Below, piece by piece: positions 8,815-17,478 of a stretch of DNA of 64,000 bases; position 1 is the first letter of the stretch; every line of letters begins with the position of its first letter. Position numbers and translations under genes: made by a program. The notes under the pieces were generated by a model. It had not been told where the DNA came from. It did not search any database and worked only from the letters and a program-made list of their open reading frames with translations. Origin of the DNA: Mycobacteriales bacterium (GTDB lineage Bacteria > Actinomycetota > Actinomycetes > Mycobacteriales > CADCTP01); contig JBBWZH010000045.1 of assembly GCA_039648995.1 (NCBI GenBank), forward strand, positions 2,821 through 66,820. The letters are read 5' to 3'.

Positions 8815-10395
8815 TCACGGCCGGGCCGAGGGCACGAACTGCTCGGTCAGCCGCTTGCGGTCCACCTTGCCCACGGTGGTCAGCGGGATCTCGTCGCGGT
8901 GGTGGAAGCCGCGCGGATGCATGTACATCGGCAGGTCCTCGATCAGCCGGGCGAAGTCGGCGTCGGCGACCTCCTCGCCGGTGTAGACGGCGTGCAGGTC
9001 GATCTCGCCGTCCGGCCCGGGAGGCGTGAGGACGACAACCTCGGCGATCGCCGGATGCTTGCGCAGCGCCGACTCGATCTCGCCGAGCTCCACCCGGTTG
9101 CCCCGGACCTTGATCTGATCGTCGATCCGGCCCAGGTGCACCAGTTCGCCGTCCTCGCGCCGGACCCGGTCGCCGGTGCGGTACCAGTGCTCGGCGGTCA
9201 GCGGCTCCCGGCCGTCGTACAACCACGCCTGCTCGCCGTCGAACGACACGAACCGGCCGGCGTTCTCGCTCGGGTCGAGGTAGCCGGGGAACCGCTGGGA
9301 GCCGCGGACGCACAGCTCCCCGTCGTCGCCGGGGCGGAAGTCGGCGTCCAGCAGGACGTACTCCAGGTGCGGGTAGAGCTCACCGATCGGCATCGACCGG
9401 TTGGATGTGACCGGCCAGTGCGCCGGGTCGAGCGGCACCCGGTACGCGGTGACGGTGACCGTGGTCTCGGTCGGTCCGTAGCAGTTGAAGATGCGGGCGT
9501 TCGGCGCGGCCGCCGACCACGCCTCGACCTGCTCCAGGGTGAGCGCCTCGCCGCCGAAGAAGCCACCGCGCAGCTGCGGCATGCTGCCCGGGGCCAGCGC
9601 CCGCAGCCGCTTGGCGAAGGAGATCAGCGAGGGCACCGACATCCAGTGGGTGAGCCGCTTGGCCTTGACGAACTTGACCGGGGTGAAGACATCCCCGTGC
9701 TGGGCGACACACAGCGTCGCGCCGGAGCCCCAGGTGCCGAAGATCTCCACGATCGAGCCGTCGAAGGACATCTCGAAGGTCTGCGAGACGCGGCAGCCGG
9801 CTTCGAGGAAGTACCACGGGATGACGTGGCCGAGGAACGCGGACACGTTCGCGTGCGTCGTCGGCACGCCCTTCGGCTTCCCGGTCGTACCGCTGGTGTA
9901 GATGATGTAGGCGATGTCGTCAGGCCCCCGCTCGACCCGCGGCGGGATAGCGGTGCCGCCCGCGGCCGGGTCCAGCCACCGGCGCGGCCCGTCGCCGGTG
10001 ACGTCCAGCAGCCGCACGCCGGAAGCCGCCCGGTACTCCGCCAGCCCGTCGCCGGAGGTGTCGTCCACCACGGTCAGGTCCAGGCCGGCGTCGGCGGTGA
10101 TCGCCAGGTTCCGGGCGGCCGGGGTGGCCGGGTTCAGCGGCACGCAGGCCGCGCCCAGCCGCTGGGCGGCCAGGTAGGCCACGTAGCCGACCAGGCTGCG
10201 CGAGGTGAGCAGGCCGACCCGGGTCGGCGGCCGGCCCAGCGCGTCGTGCATCGCCGCGGACGCGCGCTCGACCGCCGCCCGCAGCTCGGCGTACGTCAGC
10301 GCGGTGGTCAGCACCTCCAGCGCCAGCCCGTCCGGGTACTTCTCGGCGGATGCCAGGAACCAGTCGTAGAGCGTGCGTGTCGTGCGGATCGTCAT
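8815..10395 (-). CDS. Stand-alone adenylation enzyme, paralogue of 4589..6259
   Basis: 526 aa with YTSGTTGKPKGV, FDGSIVEIF, YGPTE, YRTGDRVR and GKVDRKRL. It aligns by eye with the other free A protein over its whole length. Confidence 0.9.
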   Translation of the reverse strand: MTIRTTRTLYDWFLASAEKYPDGLALEVLTTALTYAELRAAVERASAAMHDALGRPPTRVGLLTSRSLVGYVAYLAAQRLGAACVPLNPATPAARNLAITADAGLDLTVVDDTSGDGLAEYRAASGVRLLDVTGDGPRRWLDPAAGGTAIPPRVERGPDDIAYIIYTSGTTGKPKGVPTTHANVSAFLGHVIPWYFLEAGCRVSQTFEMSFDGSIVEIFGTWGSGATLCVAQHGDVFTPVKFVKAKRLTHWMSVPSLISFAKRLRALAPGSMPQLRGGFFGGEALTLEQVEAWSAAAPNARIFNCYGPTETTVTVTAYRVPLDPAHWPVTSNRSMPIGELYPHLEYVLLDADFRPGDDGELCVRGSQRFPGYLDPSENAGRFVSFDGEQAWLYDGREPLTAEHWYRTGDRVRREDGELVHLGRIDDQIKVRGNRVELGEIESALRKHPAIAEVVVLTPPGPDGEIDLHAVYTGEEVADADFARLIEDLPMYMHPRGFHHRDEIPLTTVGKVDRKRLTEQFVPSARP

Positions 10396-10459
10396 CCGGT
10401 TTCCCTCTCCCAGCGCGGGCTGGCGGTGATGTCGAAGAAATGTGGATCTGGCGCGACGG

Positions 10460-11077
10460 CTACCCCGGCGCCTGCTGGTACGCGCAGCTCGCCGGCACGG
10501 CCCGGCAGCCGGGCACGCTCTGCCAGCGGTAGTGCCGCCAGCTTCCGGTGCGCTGGCCGACCCCGACCGGGATCGTCCACGGCCGGCCGGCCAGGCCCAC
10601 CCCGGCCGCCTTGACGCAGGCCTCCTGCACCGTCCAGATGCGGGCGAACTCCCGGTCGCGCGCCGGGACCGGCAGCCCGGCCAGTTCGGCCCGGGCGGCG
10701 GGCGTGCAGCAGCGGCGCAACAGGCCGGTGCTCACCGGCTCCGGCGCCTGCACGTCGACCCCGACGGCCGCGCCGACGCCGAGCGCCGCGGCGACCCACC
10801 CGCCGCCGTGCGAGAGGCTGACCGCGAGATCCGGCCGGCCCGGCAGGTACGGCTGACCGCCCGGCCGGGCGCCGATCGACAGCCGGGCGGCGGCCGGACC
10901 GGCCACGTCGGCCAGCAGCCGGCGCAGCACGGACCGCGCGGCGACGTACTCGGCGGCCCGCCGCGCGGGCAGCGCGGCGGCGGCCCGCGCGTCCCCCGGG
11001 TGCGGCGCCCGTCCGTCCATAGTGGACAGCTCCGCCACCCCGACGTGCACGCCCGTGGCGACCTGCGCGCTGATCAC
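10460..11077 (-). CDS. Sfp-type 4'-phosphopantetheinyl transferase
   Basis: 205 aa with GVDVQ and WTVQEACVKAAG (W-x-x-K/Q-E-A-x-x-K motif). GTGA overlap with the upstream stop at 11074-11077. Confidence 0.8.
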   Translation of the reverse strand: MISAQVATGVHVGVAELSTMDGRAPHPGDARAAAALPARRAAEYVAARSVLRRLLADVAGPAAARLSIGARPGGQPYLPGRPDLAVSLSHGGGWVAAALGVGAAVGVDVQAPEPVSTGLLRRCCTPAARAELAGLPVPARDREFARIWTVQEACVKAAGVGLAGRPWTIPVGVGQRTGSWRHYRWQSVPGCRAVPASCAYQQAPG

Positions 11078-12486
11078 CGGGACCGCCGCCGGTGCCGGGC
11101 GAACGCCGCGGCCAGTGACCCGGCGTCGCGCAGCGTCGCCGGGGTGAGGTCGTCGGCGTCGAGCTGCACGCCGAGGCGCTCCTCGACCTGGTCGATGATG
11201 TCGAGCAGCCGGAACGAGCTGTAGTTGGGCAGCTCGCGCAGCGGCCGGCTGGTGATCGTGTCCACGGCGTCCACCCGCAGCACCGCGCCGATCGTGCCCA
11301 CCACCACGGCGCGCACATCATCGCCGGGGTCCGCCCCGCCGGCGGCGAGGGCCGGTTCGGCCGGGGCCCCGCCGGCCGCGTCGTCGGCAGCGTCGTCGGC
11401 GTCGTCCGTATCGTCCGTGTCGTCCGCGCGGGCGGTCACGCCGCCGGTCGCGGCGGCCGGCGCCGCGGCGGCCGGCACGGCGGCCGCCGGCACGGCGGCC
11501 GCCGGCACGGCCGGGGCCGGGGCGGCGGCGGGAACCCGCTCGGCCAGCAGCTCGGCCAACGCGACATCGCCGTGCAGCAGCCGGGCCAGTTCGTCGACGA
11601 CGGCGCCGGGCAACCCGCCGGACCGCTGCGCCCGCCGCATCGCCACGTAGGTCTGGGACGCGAGCGCGAGCCAGGCCCGCGCGTGCTCGTCCGCCGCGTC
11701 CGCCGCGTCCGCGGGCACGCCGGCGGCGGTGCGCAGCCAGGCCGCGTGAAGCAGCCGGGACCGGCCGAGCAGCCACCCGTCCAGCACGACCTGCTCGGCC
11801 GCGCCGCGGTCACCGGCGCCGGCACCCGCACCGGCGCCGGCCCCCGCGACCACGCTGTCCAGATAGGACTCGATGGCCGGCCCCGCGGCCGCCAACGCCG
11901 CCGCGTTCGCCGCGATCACGGTGCCGGGATCGACCGGTGGCACCGGCCCCGGCGAGATGAGCAGCGCGGTGGCCGCCGGCACCGCCGCGTCCAGCTCGGC
12001 GGCGGGCAGCCGCCACACCCCCGGGCGGGCCGCCCCCCACGGGTTGTCGTCGTGGTAGGCGTCCACCACCGTGTCCGGTCGGACCAGCAGGAAGCTGTGC
12101 TCCAGATGCCGCTGGCCGGCGTCGGGCAGCCAGCTGAGCCGGTAGGTGTCGGCCACCACGTACAGCGGGCCGGTCCCGGCCGCGAGCTGCCGCAGCGCCG
12201 GCCCGTCCAGCCCGTCCCATCGCCGGGTCACCGTCAGGCCGAGCAGGTCACGCGCCTCGGCCAGCCGGCGGCCGACCGGGGCGGTCACCGCCGGCACGCC
12301 GCCGGGACCGTCCACAGTGGAGAACCGGAGCAGCGCGCCGAGCGCGAGGTGGCTGCCGGCGCCGTGCTCGCGGTCGGCGAGTACGGCCAGGTTGGCCTGC
12401 AGGCAGTCCAGCGCGGGCGCCCGCACGTCGTCCAGCACCGGCGACCACAGCCGGTCGCGGGTGGGCAGCGCGGCCGTGAGGCTCAC
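11074..12486 (-). CDS. Didomain protein: N-terminal papain/BtrH-like putative acyltransferase plus C-terminal carrier-protein-like domain
   Basis: ORF 11074..12738 trimmed to the GTG at 12486 (GTGA overlap with the SDR stop). Ordered Cys...His...Asp candidates are ALDCLQANL, LEHSFLLV and VVDAYHDD. A low-complexity linker (AAVPA)n / DDTDDTDD follows. The C-terminus LPNYSSFRLLDIIDQVEERLG resembles a phosphopantetheine site. Confidence 0.6.
   Translation of the reverse strand: MSLTAALPTRDRLWSPVLDDVRAPALDCLQANLAVLADREHGAGSHLALGALLRFSTVDGPGGVPAVTAPVGRRLAEARDLLGLTVTRRWDGLDGPALRQLAAGTGPLYVVADTYRLSWLPDAGQRHLEHSFLLVRPDTVVDAYHDDNPWGAARPGVWRLPAAELDAAVPAATALLISPGPVPPVDPGTVIAANAAALAAAGPAIESYLDSVVAGAGAGAGAGAGDRGAAEQVVLDGWLLGRSRLLHAAWLRTAAGVPADAADAADEHARAWLALASQTYVAMRRAQRSGGLPGAVVDELARLLHGDVALAELLAERVPAAAPAPAVPAAAVPAAAVPAAAAPAAATGGVTARADDTDDTDDADDAADDAAGGAPAEPALAAGGADPGDDVRAVVVGTIGAVLRVDAVDTITSRPLRELPNYSSFRLLDIIDQVEERLGVQLDADDLTPATLRDAGSLAAAFARHRRRSR
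11381..11512 (-). repeat. In-frame short tandem repeats encoding the interdomain linker
   Basis: 9-bp units (TCGTCCGT-like) at 11401-11428 and 2.8 copies of the 15-bp unit GCCGGCACGGCGGCC at 11471-11512. They translate to DDTDDTDD and AAVPAAAVPAAAVPA. Confidence 0.8.
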
Positions 12487-13226
12487 CACATGAACTGCCC
12501 GCCGTCCACGACGATCTTCTGCCCGGTCAGGTACGCGCTGCCCGGGCCGACGAGGAACTCCAGCGCGTCGGCGATCTCCTCGGTGCTGCCGATGCGCCCC
12601 TGCGGGATGTCGGCGACCGCCGCTGCCCGCCCGGCCGGGTCGTCCAGCCGGAACCTCGTCACCAGCTCGTCCGTCTCGGTCATGCCCGGGATCAGGCAGT
12701 TGACCCGGATGGCCGGCGCCAGCTCCAGCGCCAGGCACTTGGTGAGCTGGAGCAGGCCGGCCTTGCTGGCGCAGTAGTTGGCGCCGTCGCGCCGCGGGCG
12801 GATGCCGGTGGTCGCGCCGACGTTGACGATCACGCCACCGGCCGGGTCGGCCAGCATCGCCGGCACCAGCACGCGGGTCAGGTAGAACGCGCCGGACAGG
12901 TTGGTATCCAGCACCCGGCGCCAGTCCTCGACGCTCAACTCGAGGAACGGCCGGTCCACGTTGATCCCGGCGTTGTTGACCAGCACCGCCGGCGAGCCGT
13001 GCGCGGACAGCACGGTGTCGGCGGCAGCGGCCACCGCGGCGGCGTCGGCGACGTCGACCCGGACCGCCTCCAGCGCCGGCCCCAGCTCGGCGACGGCGGC
13101 CCGCGCGGCCGCGGCGTCGGAGTGGTAGAGCGCCACCACCCGGTAGCCCAGCTTGACCAGCCGGCGGCTGAAGGCCAGCCCGATCCCGCGGGTGCCGCCG
13201 CTGACCACGGCCAGGGCCGGGCTCAC
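12483..13226 (-). CDS. Short-chain dehydrogenase/reductase (FabG-like ketoreductase)
   Basis: 247 aa from the GTG at 13226 (GTGA overlap with the TEII stop). SGGTRGIG cofactor motif, NNAG, catalytic YCASK. Confidence 0.85.
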   Translation of the reverse strand: MSPALAVVSGGTRGIGLAFSRRLVKLGYRVVALYHSDAAAARAAVAELGPALEAVRVDVADAAAVAAAADTVLSAHGSPAVLVNNAGINVDRPFLELSVEDWRRVLDTNLSGAFYLTRVLVPAMLADPAGGVIVNVGATTGIRPRRDGANYCASKAGLLQLTKCLALELAPAIRVNCLIPGMTETDELVTRFRLDDPAGRAAAVADIPQGRIGSTEEIADALEFLVGPGSAYLTGQKIVVDGGQFMW

Positions 13227-13948
13227 CGCCCGGACTCCGCGGGTACCCGGAGGAAGTCGGCGATCCGGCCGGTCAACTGTGCCAGGTGATCCGGCTCGAA
13301 CACGGTGAAGTGGCCGGCGTCCAGCGTGCCGGTGCGCACGTCCGGCGCGAGTTCCTGCCAGCGCCGCACCGACGCGTCCCGCCCGGCGATGTCGTCGTCG
13401 GAGCACATCAGCAGCAGCACCCGGCCGGCGTAGGCACGCTCGGTCCGGTAGTCGACCAGCGCCGCCACCTGCGCCCGGAAGGTCGCCAGCACCCGCTCGA
13501 TGGTCAGCGGATCCGGCCGCGGCCCGAGCATCGCCACGATCGTGTCCCGGATCCGGCTGTCCTCGTCCACAGTGGACGGTCGGGGCAGCGGCGAGCTGTC
13601 CACGATCACGAGGTCGGGCCGCTGCCCGGCCGCGGCCAGCCGGACGCACAGCTCCCAGCCGACCGTGCCGCCCAGCGACCAGCCGAACACCAGCTCCGGC
13701 ACGATCGCGTGCTCGTGCAGGGCGTCGAGCACCGAGTCGGCCATCTGCGCGACGGTCTCCTCCGGCGCCTCGCCCGGCAGCAGCCCGGCCGCGCGGACCG
13801 CGTGCACGCTGTGGGTCTGGCCGAGGAACGAGGCGAGCCGCAGGTAGGGGTTGAGGCCGCCGCCGGCGCCGGGCAGCAGCACGCACGCCGGCCGCTCCTT
13901 GCGCCGCACCAGCGTGATCAGCCGGCCCGGCAGGGTCGGGTTCGTCAC
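13223..13948 (-). CDS. Type II (editing) thioesterase
   Basis: 241 aa alpha/beta hydrolase with GWSLGG nucleophile elbow and a C-terminal GHF motif. GTGA overlap with the NRPS stop. Confidence 0.85.
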   Translation of the reverse strand: MTNPTLPGRLITLVRRKERPACVLLPGAGGGLNPYLRLASFLGQTHSVHAVRAAGLLPGEAPEETVAQMADSVLDALHEHAIVPELVFGWSLGGTVGWELCVRLAAAGQRPDLVIVDSSPLPRPSTVDEDSRIRDTIVAMLGPRPDPLTIERVLATFRAQVAALVDYRTERAYAGRVLLLMCSDDDIAGRDASVRRWQELAPDVRTGTLDAGHFTVFEPDHLAQLTGRIADFLRVPAESGR

Positions 13949-16900
13949 GCCCCACCGCCCGCGCGCACCAGCGCGGCGAGGGTGGCGACCGTGGGCGAGC
14001 GGAAGAAGTCCACCGGTTGGACGGCCACCCCGAAATGCTGCTGAACCTGGCCGAGCGCGGCGAAGATGTTCAGCGAGTGCGCGCCGTACTCGGTCACCGG
14101 CCGGTCCCGTTCCACCACCGGCACGGTCAGCACGGTCGACCAGATCTCCGCGATCGCGCGCTCGACCTCGTCGGCGTACCCGGCCGGTGCCCCGGCGGGC
14201 GCGTCGGTGCGCTGGTCGGCGACCAGCCGGTCGGCCAGCGTGGTCAGCGCCCGGCGGTCGGTCTTGCCGGCGGCCGTGGTCGGCACCTGGTCCAGCTCGA
14301 AGATCCGGGCCGGCACCATGTACGCGGGCAGCGCCCCGGTCAGCGCCCGGCGCACCGCGTCGTGGTCGATCGACCCGGCCGGCTCGGGTGCCAGGAACAG
14401 CACCAGCTCCCGGTCCGCGCCGTCGCCGCGGGCGGTGGCCACGGCCTGCCGGACGCCGGGCGCCCCGGTGGCGACGGCCTCCAGCTCGCCGAGCTCCACC
14501 CGGTGGCCGCGGATCTTCAGCTGCGTGTCGTCACGGCCGAGGTAGACCAGCGCGCCGTGCTCGTCCTGCACCACCACGTCGCCGGTCCGGTACAGCACCG
14601 CGCCGGGCCCGGCACCGAACCGGTCCGGCAGGAACGCCGCCGCGGTGCGCTCCGGGTCGTTGACGTAACCGTCTGCCGGCGCGGACCCGCCGAGGTACAG
14701 CTCGCCGGGCACCCCGACCGGCGCCAGGTGGCCGGTCGCGTCGACCACGTGTGTGGCGACGTTCGGCAGCGCCAGCCCGATCGGGACGTGCCGCGGCCAC
14801 CCCGGGTCACCGCCGGCGAGCCGCCGCGTGGTCGCGGCCTGGGTCTCGGTCGGGCCGTAGTGGTTCACCAGCACGCAGTCGGGGTGGTCGACGAAGAACT
14901 GCCGGATCTCGTCGTCGACGATCAGCTGCTCGCCGGAGACGCACAGGTAGCGCAGCGCAGGCAGGTGCGCGGCCGCGGTACGCGCGCTCTGCACGAACGG
15001 GCGCAGCGCGGCCACCGGCAGGTAGACGTGGCTCACCGCGGTCTCGGCGACCCGGCGCACCAGCGCGGGGAAGTCACGCCGGTCCGCCGGCTCGCGGGAG
15101 ACCACGGTGCCGCCAGCCAGCAGCGTGGGCACGATCTCCTGGAACGAGACGTCGAAGCCGGCCGGGGCGTACTGGAGGAAGCGGCTCGTGCCGGTCATGC
15201 CGAGCGCGGCGAGCTGCCACGCGGTCAGGTTCAGCAACGGCCGGTGGCCCAGCTGGACGCCCTTGGGCCGGCCGGTCGAGCCGGAGGTGAACATGATGTA
15301 CACGGCGGACCCGGGATCGGCCGCGGACGGTGCGGGGTCGGCACCGGCCAGCTCCTCGATGCCCACCGACGGCACGCCGGCCAGGTCCAGCCCGGTGCCG
15401 ACGATCACGCCGCAGCCGGCCTGGGCCACCATGTAGGCCAGCCGGTCGGTGGGCAGGCTGGAGTCCAGCGGCAGGTACGCCGCGCCGCGGCGCAGCGCGG
15501 CGAGGATCGCCGCGGTGGTGTCGCCGAGGTTGTCCAGGTGCAGGCCCACCACGCTGCCGGGACCGACCCCGTGCCGCCGCAGGCCACCGGCGATCCGTTC
15601 CGCGGCCGCGGCCAGGTCGGCGTAGGTCAGCCGGCCGGCCGGGTCCTCGATCGCCGGTGCGTCCGGCGTCCGCCGCGCGGTGTCGTCGAACCACTCGCTC
15701 AGCGTCGGGAACGGCACCCGGACCGCGACGCCGTCGCCGCGCGGCCGAGGCCCGTCGGCCCCGTCGAAGAGGTCGGCGAGGCGGCAGCCGCCGTCGCTGA
15801 TCGCCCGCCGCAGCGCGGTGCGCAGCGAATCGAGCAGCCCGCCGGCGACGGCCGCCGGGATCAGGCTCCGGTCGTACTCCAGCTCCAGCAGCCAGCGGCC
15901 GTCCCGGGGGGTAGCACCGAGCCACAGGTCGAACTTGGCGGTGCCGTTGCCCGGCTCGCGCACGCCCCGGACCGCCCCGGCCGAGCTGGCGTCGACCGTG
16001 TCCTGCATCGCGAGCATGGCGGCGAACAGCGGGTTGCGGTTGGCCGGCCGGTCCGGCTGGACCCGCGCGACCAGCTGGTTGAACGTCACGTCGACGTTGG
16101 CCCGGCAGTAGTCGGCCGCGGCCCGCACCGTGCCGCCGAGATGGTCGTCGACCGTGCGCTGCCAGTCGACCTCGACGGTGACCGGCAGCGTGTTGACGAA
16201 GAAGCCGCACAGGTCGAACGCGCCGATCGTGCGGCGGGCCGCGAACGGGCTGCCGACCAGCACGGTGGAGACGGCCCCGTGCCGGGCCAGCACCGTGCCG
16301 TAGATGCCGGTCAGCGCGACGAACGGGGTGATGTTCAGCCGCCGGCAGGTCGCCTGCAGTTGCTCGGCCTCCCCCTGGTCCAGCAGCCAGGACAGCCGGG
16401 CGCCGGCGAAGTCGGTCTCGGTCGGGCGGTTCGGCCGCGGGTAGAGCACCAACGGCGGCACGTCGACCAGCCGCCGCGCCCAGGCTTCGGCCTTCGCCGC
16501 CGTCTGCGCCGACCCGGCCACCCGGTTCTGCGCCCGCAACTCCTTACCGAACGCGGTCTCCCGCTCCACCCGGCGCGACTCGACCGCGGCACCGGTCAGG
16601 GTGCCGGTGAGCGCCGCCTCGAGGTCGCGCACGATCGGACCGATCGAGACGCCGTCGCCGACGATGTGGTGCGCGGACAGCTGCACCGCGGCCGCGCTGC
16701 CGTCGGTGGCCTCGACGAAGCCGAACCGGTAGAGCGGGCCGACGGTCAGCTCGAACGGCGGCCGGCCGACCCGGCGCGCCATCTCCGCCAGTCCGTCCTC
16801 GTAGTCGGCGGGCGCGACCCGGAGGCTCTCCAGCGGCAGCCCGGCCCGGTCCGGCGGCGGCAGCAGCGCCCCGCGCATTTCCGGCACCAGCGTGAAGACC

Positions 16901-17163
16901 TGGCGCAGCGCGGGCTGGACGGTGACGAGGGTGACGAGCGCGTCGGCCACGGCGGCGGCGAGCGGCGGCGCGGGATCGCCCGGGCCGGCAGGTGGCAGGA
17001 CGCACATCGCCGGGTCGAGGTCGAATTGCATGATCTGGTTGTAGATCTCGCGGGTCGGCACCAGCGTGTCGACCACGAGCAGCCCCTTCTGGGACTCCGT
17101 GATCGGCAACGGCGACGCCGCGGCGGCCGGCCCGGGGGCGAGCTCGGTGCTGGCCGCCGTCAC
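13945..17163 (-). CDS. NRPS module C-A-T
   Basis: ORF 13945..17208 with its start at the GTG at 17163 (GTGA overlap with the ACP stop). C motif AHHIVGDGVS. A motifs FTSGSTGRPKGV, FDVSFQE, YGPTE, YRTGD, GKTDRRAL. Carrier motif EYGAHSLNIF. Confidence 0.9.
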   Translation of the reverse strand: MTAASTELAPGPAAAASPLPITESQKGLLVVDTLVPTREIYNQIMQFDLDPAMCVLPPAGPGDPAPPLAAAVADALVTLVTVQPALRQVFTLVPEMRGALLPPPDRAGLPLESLRVAPADYEDGLAEMARRVGRPPFELTVGPLYRFGFVEATDGSAAAVQLSAHHIVGDGVSIGPIVRDLEAALTGTLTGAAVESRRVERETAFGKELRAQNRVAGSAQTAAKAEAWARRLVDVPPLVLYPRPNRPTETDFAGARLSWLLDQGEAEQLQATCRRLNITPFVALTGIYGTVLARHGAVSTVLVGSPFAARRTIGAFDLCGFFVNTLPVTVEVDWQRTVDDHLGGTVRAAADYCRANVDVTFNQLVARVQPDRPANRNPLFAAMLAMQDTVDASSAGAVRGVREPGNGTAKFDLWLGATPRDGRWLLELEYDRSLIPAAVAGGLLDSLRTALRRAISDGGCRLADLFDGADGPRPRGDGVAVRVPFPTLSEWFDDTARRTPDAPAIEDPAGRLTYADLAAAAERIAGGLRRHGVGPGSVVGLHLDNLGDTTAAILAALRRGAAYLPLDSSLPTDRLAYMVAQAGCGVIVGTGLDLAGVPSVGIEELAGADPAPSAADPGSAVYIMFTSGSTGRPKGVQLGHRPLLNLTAWQLAALGMTGTSRFLQYAPAGFDVSFQEIVPTLLAGGTVVSREPADRRDFPALVRRVAETAVSHVYLPVAALRPFVQSARTAAAHLPALRYLCVSGEQLIVDDEIRQFFVDHPDCVLVNHYGPTETQAATTRRLAGGDPGWPRHVPIGLALPNVATHVVDATGHLAPVGVPGELYLGGSAPADGYVNDPERTAAAFLPDRFGAGPGAVLYRTGDVVVQDEHGALVYLGRDDTQLKIRGHRVELGELEAVATGAPGVRQAVATARGDGADRELVLFLAPEPAGSIDHDAVRRALTGALPAYMVPARIFELDQVPTTAAGKTDRRALTTLADRLVADQRTDAPAGAPAGYADEVERAIAEIWSTVLTVPVVERDRPVTEYGAHSLNIFAALGQVQQHFGVAVQPVDFFRSPTVATLAALVRAGGGA

Positions 17164-17405
17164 GCGTCCACCCCGTCGCCCGGACCGGCGGCGAGGCTGT
17201 GCAGCCACACTTTCAGATCGCCCACGGTGTGGACGTCGACCAGCCGGCCGGCGTCGATCTCGGCGTCTTCGTCGGTGGCGACCTCCACAGCGAGCCGCAG
17301 CAGCGACAGTGACTCCAGGCCGGCGTCCAGCAGGGTGGTGGAATCGTCGAAACTGACCGTGGCGTACTTGGCGATCGTCGAGTCAAGGTCCAGCTGTGCG
17401 GTCAT
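17160..17405 (-). CDS. Free-standing acyl/peptidyl carrier protein
   Basis: 81 aa, acidic, with LDAGLESLSLLRL (DSL-type Ser site). It is the first gene of the coupled operon. Confidence 0.8.
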   Translation of the reverse strand: MTAQLDLDSTIAKYATVSFDDSTTLLDAGLESLSLLRLAVEVATDEDAEIDAGRLVDVHTVGDLKVWLHSLAAGPGDGVDA

Positions 17406-17478
17406 TCCCGGTTCCCCACGTCATCTTGGTTGGCTGCTCTGCCGGTGGTTCCGGCGCTGCAGAGAGGCTCTCGAAAGG

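Noticed and set aside
12483-13955. Single 490-aa ORF spanning the SDR and thioesterase regions
   Set aside because: Only the C-terminal 247 aa (from the GTG at 13226) has SDR motifs. The N-terminal part is an out-of-frame read across the well-supported TEII gene (13223..13948). The GTGA junction fits the operon pattern.
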